A stretch of DNA of 64,000 nucleotides from an uncultured Actinomycetes bacterium (GTDB lineage: Bacteria > Actinomycetota > Thermoleophilia > UBA2241), in the NCBI GenBank assembly GCA_963767005.1, contig CAVYCN010000019.1:32001-96000 (forward strand). The letters are read 5' to 3'. This document shows, piece after piece, positions 50,105 to 58,271 of the stretch. A program made the translations under genes and the position numbers. Every line of letters begins with the position of its first letter. Position 1 is the first letter of the stretch. The notes beneath the pieces are model-generated. The model was not told the origin of the DNA. It worked only from the letters and a program-made list of their open reading frames with translations, and made no database searches.

Positions 50105-50117
50105 TTAGGATAGCCTA
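50105..50117. promoter_or_regulatory. DtxR/SirR-type operator
   Basis: TTAGGATAGCCTA, 24-36 nt upstream of the dtxR-like start; resembles the DtxR-family core TTAGG-N4-CCTA. Confidence 0.65.
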
Positions 50118-50151
50118 CAGGCGTTGCTTCGGCAACGGCTACCGATTTCTT

Positions 50152-50270
50152 TAGTCCGACAAAATGGACTACGTTCGGCGCCGCTCAGGCGGGCGCGACT
50201 GCGTTGCGCGCCTGGTCCGACGAAAGGGACTACGTTTGGCGCCGCTCAGGCGGGCGCGATGTCCGCCTGG
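50152..50270. repeat. Tandem pair (61-bp period) containing the dispersed hairpin repeat
   Basis: T(A/G)GTCCGAC(A/G)AAA(T/G)GGACTACGTT(C/T)GGCGCCGCTCAGGCGGGCGCGA at 50152 and 50213; the second copy contains the hutH stop. Confidence 0.8.
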
Positions 50271-51778
50271 TGCAGGACGGCGGCGAAGCGTCCGTTCGCG
50301 ACGGCCCGGGCCACGGCCTCGATCTCAGGCGCCAGGTAGCGGTCCTCGTCGAGGCGTGCCGCCATGCCCCGCACGATCTCGTGAGCCGCACCGGTGCCGG
50401 TGCCGGGCGCGAGCGGCGCGAGCAGGTCGATCGCCTGGGCCGCGCACAGCGCCTCGATCGCCAGGATCGAGCACACGTTGCGGGCCACCTGGAGGAGCTT
50501 GACGGCCGCCGTCATGCCCATCGAGACGTGGTCTTCCTGATCGCCCGACGAGGGGATCGAGTCGACGCTCGCCGGGTGGCAGAGGACCTTGTCCTCGGCG
50601 ACCAGGGCGGCCGCCGTGTACTGGGCGATCATGTAGCCGTTGTTCAGGCCGCTGTCGGGGGTGAGAAACGGTGGCAGCTCCGACAGCGACGCCGTGAGCA
50701 TCCGAAACGTGCGGCGCTCGCTGATGCTGCCGATCTCGGCGAGGCTCATGGCGGCGAGGTCGAGCGCGAGGGCGAGCGGCTCGCCGTGGAAGTTGCCGGC
50801 CGAGATCACGTCGCCCGAGTCGGGGAAGATCAGGGGGTTGTCGGTGACCGACTCGATCTCGACCTCCGCGACCTCGCGCAGCCAGCGCAGGGCGTCGCGG
50901 CAGGCGCCGTGCACCTGGGGGATGCAGCGGATCGAGTAGGCGTCCTGGACCTTGTCGCAGTTCAGGTGGCTCAGGATGATCTCGCTGCCGGCGGTCACGG
51001 CGCGCACGTGCTCAGCGGTGAGGAGCTGGCCTGGGATCGGCCGCAGGAGCTGGATGCGCTCCTCGAACGGTCCTACCGAGCCGCGCAGGCCCTCGAGGCT
51101 CATCGCGCCGATCACGTCGGCCGAGTCGAGCAGGGCCTCGCCGTCGGTCACGGCGAGGCAGGCGATGGCGGCCATGAACTGGGTGCCGTTCAACAGCGAC
51201 AGGCCCTCCTTGGCCTCGAGCGCGACCGGCGCGAGACCGGCGGCGGCCAGCGCCGGTCCCGCCGGCGCGCGCTCGCCGGCCGCGGTCAGGAGCTCGCCCT
51301 CGCCGAGCATGGCGAGCACGAGGTGGGCCGACGGCGCGAGGTCGCCCGAGGCGCCGAGCGAGCCGCGCGAGGGCACCCAGGGCACGAGGTCCCCGTTCAG
51401 CATGGCGCAGAGCGCCTCGAGCACGCCGGCACGCACGCCCGAGTAGCCCTTGGCGATCGTGCTGGTGCGCAGCAGCATGGCCGCGCGCACGACGTCGCGG
51501 GGCAGCGGTTCGCCCACGCCGACCGCGTGGCTGCGCACGAGGTTGAGCTGCAGGCGGCGCACCTGGTCGACCGGGATGCGAGTGGTGGCGAGCTGGCCGA
51601 AGCCCGTCGTCACGCCGTAGACGACGCGGTCCTCGGCGATGATGCGCTCGACGACGGCGCGGGCCTCTTCGAGGCGGCGCCGGGCGACGTCGCCGAGCAC
51701 GACCCTGCGACCGCGGCGGGCGACGTCGGCGATGTCGGCGATCGTCAGGGGACGGTCGCCGAGGATGAGGTCGTTCAT
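50246..51778 (-). CDS. hutH: Histidine ammonia-lyase
   Basis: VYGVTTGFG, NLVRSHAVGVG (HAL-type SH), MIO-forming GASGDL, KEGL.L.NGT, QDAYS.RC.PQVHG and QEDHVSM. Confidence 0.95.
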   Translation of the reverse strand: MNDLILGDRPLTIADIADVARRGRRVVLGDVARRRLEEARAVVERIIAEDRVVYGVTTGFGQLATTRIPVDQVRRLQLNLVRSHAVGVGEPLPRDVVRAAMLLRTSTIAKGYSGVRAGVLEALCAMLNGDLVPWVPSRGSLGASGDLAPSAHLVLAMLGEGELLTAAGERAPAGPALAAAGLAPVALEAKEGLSLLNGTQFMAAIACLAVTDGEALLDSADVIGAMSLEGLRGSVGPFEERIQLLRPIPGQLLTAEHVRAVTAGSEIILSHLNCDKVQDAYSIRCIPQVHGACRDALRWLREVAEVEIESVTDNPLIFPDSGDVISAGNFHGEPLALALDLAAMSLAEIGSISERRTFRMLTASLSELPPFLTPDSGLNNGYMIAQYTAAALVAEDKVLCHPASVDSIPSSGDQEDHVSMGMTAAVKLLQVARNVCSILAIEALCAAQAIDLLAPLAPGTGTGAAHEIVRGMAARLDEDRYLAPEIEAVARAVANGRFAAVLHQADIAPA

Positions 51779-51863
51779 GGGGACATCCCCCTGTCCACGC
51801 TGTTGAGTCCGTCGCTTCAGCTTAGCTCAGGCGCGCCGCCACCGGCACCATGCAGGAGGCGGC

Positions 51864-52830
51864 TCAGCTCGCGGCGACCGGCACCATGAGGGGGATGACG
51901 ACGGCCGCGCCGGCCCGGACGATCACTGCCTCGACCCGCCACACGCCGGGCAGCGAGAGCTGCAGGCCGCGCCCCGTCCAGGCGCCTGAGCCGGCCGGGC
52001 CCCGCCGCAGCGCGAGCGAGGCGCCCAGGCCCACGTGGCTGGGCAGCGTGAGCTCGGGGGTGACCGACCGGGCCGCGGCCGGCGTCGTGGAGCCGTAGCG
52101 GTCGGTCACGAGCATGAAGCTGTCCTCGCCGGCGACCGTCGGTGAGACCGTGAGGTGGACCGTGACGGTGGGCGGCACGTCGCTCGCGGAGCGCACGACG
52201 GCGTGGCGCGCGGGCGCGGCGAGCGTCGCCGGGCCGGCCGGCGCGAGGCCGGCCAGCACGGCGCTCGCCGCGAGGACCGCCGCGGCCACCGCGAGCTCGG
52301 CCCGCGCCGTGCGGCCGAAGCCGGCGCCCGCGCCGGGGTCGCGCGCCAGCGCCGGGACGAGGCGGAACCGGTTGCGGACGCCGAGCGCCACGAGCACGAC
52401 GACAGGGCCCACCTTGACGAGCAGGGTGACGCCGAAGCTCGTGTGCAGCAGCGCGCACGCCCCGGCCGGCGCCCGCGTGGCCGGCACGAGCAGCGACAGT
52501 GCAGCGCCGCCGAGCAGCGACAGGGGCCGGCCGAGATCGACCACGAGCTCGGCCGGCGTGCCCGGCACGGCGCGAGCCGGCGAGGCTCCCGGCACGGGGC
52601 GGCCGGCGGCGTCGAGGAGTCCGGCCGACGAGAGCCGCGGGTCGGGCGGTTCGCTGAAACGCAGCACGATGCGCTGCGGGGACTGGGCGAGCACGGCGCC
52701 GGCGGCGGGATCGCAGCCGATCAGCAGGGCGTGCGCCGCAGCCGGCGGCGCGAGCGCCCACAGCCAGAGACAGATCAGCCCCGCGGCGACCAGGGCGGCG
52801 CGCGCGGGGCAACCTGCGATGCGGCGGCTC
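51864..52830 (-). pseudogene. Degenerate CopC-CopD (YcnJ-like) copper-uptake fusion with an internal deletion and no in-frame start
   Basis: Upstream in-frame signal-like stretch ...LWALAPPAAAHALLIGCDPAAGAVL..SP..IVLRFSEP (CopC N-half) joins directly to CopD C-terminal helices (T.FG..L.VK...RNRF.L.P...RAEL). No ATG/GTG/TTG precedes the signal segment. Confidence 0.6.
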
Positions 52831-52894
52831 GCCTCGTGCGCCGGGCCCCCGACGGGCCCGGCCCGGCAGCGAGCCGCCGGGTGCTAGCGGACGG

Positions 52895-53194
52895 TCACCG
52901 CCTGCGGCCGCGGCCTCCGCCCTCGCGCAGCTCGCGCCCGATCGTGGCGTACGGCAGGAGCGCCATCTCTCGCGCGCGCTTGACTGCGACGGCGACCTGG
53001 CGCTGGTGGCGGCGGCACGTTCCGGTCACGCGCCGCGACTTGATCTTGCCGCGCTCACTGACGCAGCGCCGCAGCGCGTCGAGGTCCTTGTAGTCGACCA
53101 GGACGACCTTGTCCTTGCAGAAGTGACAGTAGCGACGTCGGGCGGGGTCGACGGGGCGGCCTCGCTTGCGCGGTTTGGCTTTCGAGCTCGGCAC
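52895..53194 (-). CDS. rpsR: 30S ribosomal protein S18 (zinc-binding form)
   Basis: CHFCKDK...DYKD...L...[19 protein letters not shown]....[12 protein letters not shown]. Confidence 0.93.
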   Translation of the reverse strand: MPSSKAKPRKRGRPVDPARRRYCHFCKDKVVLVDYKDLDALRRCVSERGKIKSRRVTGTCRRHQRQVAVAVKRAREMALLPYATIGRELREGGGRGRRR

Positions 53195-53556
53195 GTTTCA
53201 GTTCCCTTCGTAGGTCGGCGTTTGCTGACGTTCCTGGGTCAGGCACACCTCGCGAAGCGCACACACCGCCCGCCGCCGCGACCGCGGGCCGGACGGCGCG
53301 CAGCGGCGCTTCGCTTCCGCGCGCACGAGTTGATAGACTACGCCGCCTTCGTGCCCAAACACAACTCGCTCCACACCACCCGGCTTGCCGCACAGCCGCC
53401 CAGACGTCCTCGCGCCCAGCCGGCGACGACAGGCCCAGAGCCGCAGCGAGGGCGACCACAAGCTAGCGGTAGTTCCGACGCCGTCGATCACCCCTTCCTT
53501 GCGGTCGCCGGGCGGCAGCCGCCCGCCGCGCGGCTCCATGCCCGCCGCGGCGACCG

Positions 53557-53623
53557 TCTCCGACGTTTGTCGCCGCGACCGGCTGCGACGCGTGCGGCGG
53601 CGGCTATCTCCGACGTTTGTCGC
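53557..53623. repeat. 17-bp direct repeat (50-bp period) with a palindromic core
   Basis: TCTCCGACGTTTGTCGC at 53557 and 53607. Confidence 0.8.
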
Positions 53624-53651
53624 GACGGCCCTCTGGTGACAAGTTGCCACG

Positions 53652-54605
53652 ATGAGGTCAGACCCCACACCGGCGCGGCCGTCTCCCACCGCCGCGGCGT
53701 CGCGACCCTCGGGCGGCACTCCGGCGCGCGACGACCGGCAGGCCATGCACGACGAGGCGCGGGCCGTGATCGACGCGGCCCGCGCCGAGGGCATGACGAT
53801 GCGACTGCTCGGCGGCCTCGGCGTGCGCGAGCACTGCCGCGACCTCGAGCTCTGCGCGCGCGACTACTCCGACATCGACATGGTCGCGCGGGCGTCCGAG
53901 TCGCGGCGGCTGCCCACCGTGTTCGCCCGCTTCGGCTACCACGAGGACTACGGCGTCGCCGGCGCGACCGGCAACGGCCAGCTACGGTTCGTGCGGCCCT
54001 GCCGCCACGGCGCCGCGCAGCGGCCCGCTCCGCACGACGACGACCACGTCGACGTCTTCCTCGACACGTTTCGCATGGACCACGTGCTCGCCCTCGGCGA
54101 CCGCCTGCACATCGACCGGTACACCCTGGCGCCTTCCGACCTGCTGCTCACCAAGCTGCAGATCTTCAGGCTGACCGGCAAGGACGCGCGCGACGTCGTG
54201 ACGCTGCTCGACGCGCTCGAGGTGCACGGCCCGGCGGGACCGCCGGCGACCGCCACGACCGTGCGCGAGCCGGCGCCTGCGGCCGCCGCGACTGTACGTG
54301 GGCCGGCGGCGACGGCCGCCTCCGGCGCCGGCCGCGACGCGCGCCAGACGATCGACGCCGCCGCCATCGCCCGGCGCTGCGCCGCGGACTGGGGCCTCTT
54401 CCACGACGTCACGACCAACCTGCAGCGGGTCGGCGAGCTGCTGCCGGGGTTCGCGCTCGACGACGCCGGCGCGGCGCGCGTGCGGCGCGGCCTCGCGCGT
54501 CTGGTCGGCGCCCTCGACGATGTGCCCAAGAGCCGGCGCTTCAGGTTGCGCGCCAGGATCGGCACCCGGGCGCCCTGGCACAGCGAGGTCGACGAGCAGG
54601 ACTGA
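53652..54605 (+). CDS. Hypothetical nucleotidyltransferase-fold protein
   Basis: RLLGGLGV...RDYSDIDMV (GG + DxD), VDVFLD, TL.PSDLLLTKLQI and KDARD; contains a low-complexity Ala/Pro/Thr insertion. Confidence 0.6.
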   Translation: MRSDPTPARPSPTAAASRPSGGTPARDDRQAMHDEARAVIDAARAEGMTMRLLGGLGVREHCRDLELCARDYSDIDMVARASESRRLPTVFARFGYHEDYGVAGATGNGQLRFVRPCRHGAAQRPAPHDDDHVDVFLDTFRMDHVLALGDRLHIDRYTLAPSDLLLTKLQIFRLTGKDARDVVTLLDALEVHGPAGPPATATTVREPAPAAAATVRGPAATAASGAGRDARQTIDAAAIARRCAADWGLFHDVTTNLQRVGELLPGFALDDAGAARVRRGLARLVGALDDVPKSRRFRLRARIGTRAPWHSEVDEQD

Positions 54606-54649
54606 CGGGCACGACCGACGGTCCGCTCCGGCCGCGACGACGGGCGGCG

Positions 54650-55105
54650 TCAGTGAGCGGCCGGAGCCGGCAGCTCGACGACCTGCCGGTAGCGACGCTC
54701 CACGAGAAAGCGGCGGACGCGCTGCTCCAGGTAGTCGCGCGCCGTCCGGAACGCGGTGAGGTCGTCGTCGTCGCTCGCCTGGGCGACTGGGTCGTCGACC
54801 GGCCAGTACTCGCGCGTGCCCACCCCGGGGAACATGGGGCAGGCCTTCTCGTCGCGGTCGCACACGGTGATCAGAAAGTCGAAGCGCGCCTTGCCCATGA
54901 ACTCGTCGAGGCCCTTGGAGCGCTGGTCGGCGATGTCGACCCCGCGCTCGGCCATGACGGCCACCGCGCGCGGGTCCACACCATCGGCGGTCGAGCCGGC
55001 GCTCGAGGCCTCGAAGGCGTCGGGAGCGAGCACCCGCAGGAAGCCTACGGCCATCTGGCTGCGCACGCTGTCGGCGCTCGACAGAAAGAGGACGCTCTTC
55101 GCCAC
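54650..55105 (-). CDS. arsC: ArsC / LMW-PTP family protein with degenerate P-loop
   Basis: VLFLSSADSVRSQMA (canonical LFLCTGNSCRSQMA), SAG, AVMAE.GVDI..Q.SK, ITVCD....CP.FPG and W..DDP; GTG start with GGAGG. Confidence 0.8.
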   Translation of the reverse strand: MAKSVLFLSSADSVRSQMAVGFLRVLAPDAFEASSAGSTADGVDPRAVAVMAERGVDIADQRSKGLDEFMGKARFDFLITVCDRDEKACPMFPGVGTREYWPVDDPVAQASDDDDLTAFRTARDYLEQRVRRFLVERRYRQVVELPAPAAH

Positions 55106-55192
55106 TGTCGCCTCCGTTGGACGAACGGTTTGTCTGTGATGGATAGTACCCAACACCAAACGGCCCGGGCGGCGACAGCGCCGGACGGGCCG

Positions 55193-56092
55193 TCAGCCGG
55201 ACCGACCCTCGGTCCAGACGAAGGTGCCGTCGCGCAAGTCCGTCAGCGCCTGCTCGAGCTCGGCCCGCGTGTTCATGACGAACGGGCCGTAGCGGGCGAT
55301 CGGTTCGCCGAGCGGCGCCCCCGAGATGAGCAGCAGCCGACCGCCCTGCACACCGGAGCGCATCGTCGCCTCGTCGCCGTCGCCCAGCACGGCGAGCGCC
55401 GGCGCCGACACCAGGCCGGAGGCGTCGTCGGGCTCCCGCTCGCCGTCGCCGATCTCGGGTCCGAGCGCAACGCTCCCGCGGTAGACGTAAGCGAACGCGG
55501 CGTGACCACGCGGCACGGCCTGGGTGAACATGCTACGCGCCGGCAGCTCGACGTCGAGGTATCCCGGCTGGGCGTAGATCGCCGTCACCGGACCGCGCAC
55601 CCCGTCGACCTCCCCGGCGACGACCCGGACGCGTACGCCGCCCGACCGCTCGACCACCGCGATCGCGGCCGCCGCGACGTCTTGGTAGCGCGGTCGCGAC
55701 ATCTTGAGCGCGGCCGGCATGTTGACCCAGAGCTGGAAGCCGGCCATGCGGCCGTCACGCGGGCGCGGCATCTCCTCGTGCATGATGCCGCCGCCGGCCG
55801 TCATCCACTGGGCGTCGCCGGGACCGATCGTGCCGGCGTTGCCGAGCGTGTCCTTGTGGTCGACCTCGCCAGCCAGCATGTAGGTCACGGTCTCGATGCC
55901 GCGGTGCGGGTGGAGCGGAAAGCCAGCCAGATAGTCGGCGGGGTCGTCCGACTCGAAGTGGTCGAGCAGCAGGAAGGGGTCGTGATAGTCGAGCGAGAGG
56001 CCGCCGATCGTGCGCAGCAGCCGCACGCCGGCGCCTTCGATCACCGGACGCGGGCGCACCACCCGCGCGACCTGCCTCACAAGCACCGCCAT
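55193..56092 (-). CDS. Pirin family protein
   Basis: EGAGV, DPFLLLDHF, FPLHPHRGIETVTY, WMTAGGGIMHEE, FQLWVN and YGPFVMNT. Confidence 0.95.
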   Translation of the reverse strand: MAVLVRQVARVVRPRPVIEGAGVRLLRTIGGLSLDYHDPFLLLDHFESDDPADYLAGFPLHPHRGIETVTYMLAGEVDHKDTLGNAGTIGPGDAQWMTAGGGIMHEEMPRPRDGRMAGFQLWVNMPAALKMSRPRYQDVAAAAIAVVERSGGVRVRVVAGEVDGVRGPVTAIYAQPGYLDVELPARSMFTQAVPRGHAAFAYVYRGSVALGPEIGDGEREPDDASGLVSAPALAVLGDGDEATMRSGVQGGRLLLISGAPLGEPIARYGPFVMNTRAELEQALTDLRDGTFVWTEGRSG

Positions 56093-56344
56093 GGCCCCTC
56101 CTTCGCACGCGTCGCCACCTGATGCCCGGCGAGCCACGGTGGGAAACGAGCGGCCGTCCCGGGACCCGCTCGGCGCCCGGGCCTGGCTCAGCCGCCGCGC
56201 GCCGCCGGCCGGCAGTCGCGCCAAGTCGGTCCGCCCCGACCGTCATCGTCGAGCAGCGTCGGGGCGACCTCGCCGGCTCGCGCGACCGCGAGGGCCTTGA
56301 CTTCGGGCACGCCGCGCCCGACACTTGGCCGGCCTCTCCGCGGG

Positions 56345-56372
56345 TCAAGTCGGTCGACCGGCGCTCCGATAC
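56345..56372 (+). promoter_or_regulatory. Putative sigma-28-type promoter of the diguanylate cyclase gene
   Basis: TCAAG-N15-TCCGATAC, with the same elements and spacing as 31570. Confidence 0.5.
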
Positions 56373-56454
56373 CGCACAGCAACCACGCCTGCGCCGCCGC
56401 CCCGCGAGTGGCGCGAGGCCGCAGGGGACACGGGGTGCTCGAGGTGCAGGGAGC

Positions 56455-58131
56455 ATGAAGGACGGCCAGACCATCATCGCCGAGATCGGGGCCACGATCG
56501 CTTCGACTCTCGAGGTGGGCGACGTCATGGCCAGGATCGCCCGTCAGGTCGGTCAGGCGTTCGACGTCTACTCGTGCGACATCCACCGCTACGACGCCGA
56601 GAACGACCTGCTCACCTACCTCGCCTTCTGGGACCGCGAGCTCGAGCGCGGCGACGGACCCTGGGTCTGCGAGGCGCACCACCAGGTGAGCGAGCAGGTG
56701 ACCGGCGAACCGTTCCACCCCGACCTGCGACCGAGCTTCCTGCCCACCGTGCGCGAGGGCAAGATCGTCGAGGTCCACCGCGACGACCCCGGCCTGCCCG
56801 CGGCCGAGGCCCGCGAGATGGACCGCTGGAGCGAGAAGTCCACGCTGGACGCGCCGCTCGAGTTCGACGGCAGGATCATCGGCGTGCTCGGCCTCGTCGA
56901 GACCGCCTCGTGCCGACGCTTCACGCCCGACGAGATCGAGCTCTTCGCCCAGGTCGCCGTGCTCGCGGCCATCGCCATCCGCAACGCCGATCTGTTCACC
57001 GAGCTCGAGCAGCAGAACCGCTCGCTGCACTCGCTGCTCAAGGCGAGCCGGGCGCTCACCTCGACGGTCGGGCTCGACGAGACCCTGACCGTCATGGCCC
57101 GCTCGGCCGCGGAGGCCCTGAACGTGCCGGGCAGCGCCATCTACGAGTACCTCACCGACGAGCGTGCCCTGGTGCCGCGCACCTCGTTCGGCGCGGCCGA
57201 GATCGAGCAGGCCAACGTGCCCATCCCGATCGAGCGCCACTCGGGCGACCGCCTGGCGCTCGAGCAGCGCGAGATCGTGCTCGAGCGGGTGACCGACGAG
57301 TCGGTGCCGGCGCACGTGCGGCAGGCCATGCGCGCCGCCGGCGAGCTGACCCACCTGCACGTGCCCCTGGTCTACGGCGATCACCTGCTCGGCACGATGC
57401 TGCTCGTCGAGCGCTCCGGGCAGCGCGAGTTCACCTCGTATGAGCTCGAGATGGCTCGCGGCCTCGGCGAGCATGCCGCCGCCGCCCTGCACGCCGGACG
57501 CGCCTACCAGGCCATGCAGGTCCAGGCCCTGACCGACGGTCTGACCGGGCTGTTCAACTACCGCCACCTGAACGACCGCTTGCGCGAGGAGACGGCGCGC
57601 TTTCGCCGCTACCGCACGCCGCTCTCGCTGCTCATGTGCGACGTCGACGACTTCAAGCAGTTCAACGACACATACGGCCACCAGGCCGGCGACGCCGCCC
57701 TCGTCGCGGTCGCGCACGTCCTGAGCGACACGCTGCGCGCCGACATCGATGTCGTGTGCCGCTACGGCGGCGACGAGTTCGCCGCCCTGCTGCCCAACAC
57801 GCCGCTCGACCACCAGACCGGCGGCGACGGCGCGCCCACGGGCCGCGAGAACGTGCGCTCCGAGGGCGCCATGGCGACGGCCGAGCGCCTGCGGGCGGCC
57901 GTCGAGGAACGCGCCCGCGACCTCGTCACGCCGCCGCTCGCGCGGGCCATCACGATCAGCGTGGGTGTTTCGTGCATCGCCGCCGAACCGCACACCCCCG
58001 AGGAGCTCGTGGCCGCCGCCGACCGCGCGCTCTACCAGGCCAAGCGGCGCGGCCAGGACCGCGTCGAAGCCTGCACGCCCGAGCACGAGCGTACGGCGCC
58101 CGCCGCGCCGGTGTCCGTCCCGGGCGCCTGA
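56455..58131 (+). CDS. GAF-GAF-GGDEF diguanylate cyclase
   Basis: Two GAF domains (APLEFDGRIIGVL, VPLVYGDHLLGTM), then DGLTGLFNYR, DVDDFKQFNDTYGHQAGD, RYGGDEF and ADRALYQAK. Confidence 0.92.
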   Translation: MKDGQTIIAEIGATIASTLEVGDVMARIARQVGQAFDVYSCDIHRYDAENDLLTYLAFWDRELERGDGPWVCEAHHQVSEQVTGEPFHPDLRPSFLPTVREGKIVEVHRDDPGLPAAEAREMDRWSEKSTLDAPLEFDGRIIGVLGLVETASCRRFTPDEIELFAQVAVLAAIAIRNADLFTELEQQNRSLHSLLKASRALTSTVGLDETLTVMARSAAEALNVPGSAIYEYLTDERALVPRTSFGAAEIEQANVPIPIERHSGDRLALEQREIVLERVTDESVPAHVRQAMRAAGELTHLHVPLVYGDHLLGTMLLVERSGQREFTSYELEMARGLGEHAAAALHAGRAYQAMQVQALTDGLTGLFNYRHLNDRLREETARFRRYRTPLSLLMCDVDDFKQFNDTYGHQAGDAALVAVAHVLSDTLRADIDVVCRYGGDEFAALLPNTPLDHQTGGDGAPTGRENVRSEGAMATAERLRAAVEERARDLVTPPLARAITISVGVSCIAAEPHTPEELVAAADRALYQAKRRGQDRVEACTPEHERTAPAAPVSVPGA

Positions 58132-58271
58132 GCCCCCAGCGCGACGCGCGGGGCGTCTCCAAGACTGACGAAGGGTTCCGTACCATCCTCTCCTTGACGA
58201 CCGCGCCGCGGCTTGGTACAAGCCGGGCAAGCTCGCAAACGTCGAGATCGCACGTCGCTCAGGGGGGAACC

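Noticed and set aside
53486-53500. GATCACCCCTTCCTT resembling the 16S rRNA 3' end
   Set aside because: No surrounding rRNA sequence; on the minus strand it is an SD-like string with no convincing ORF.
56270-56454. Possible c-di-GMP riboswitch upstream of the cyclase
   Set aside because: Hairpins are present, but no GEMM-type GGCAAA/GAAA/GACGCAAA pattern was found.
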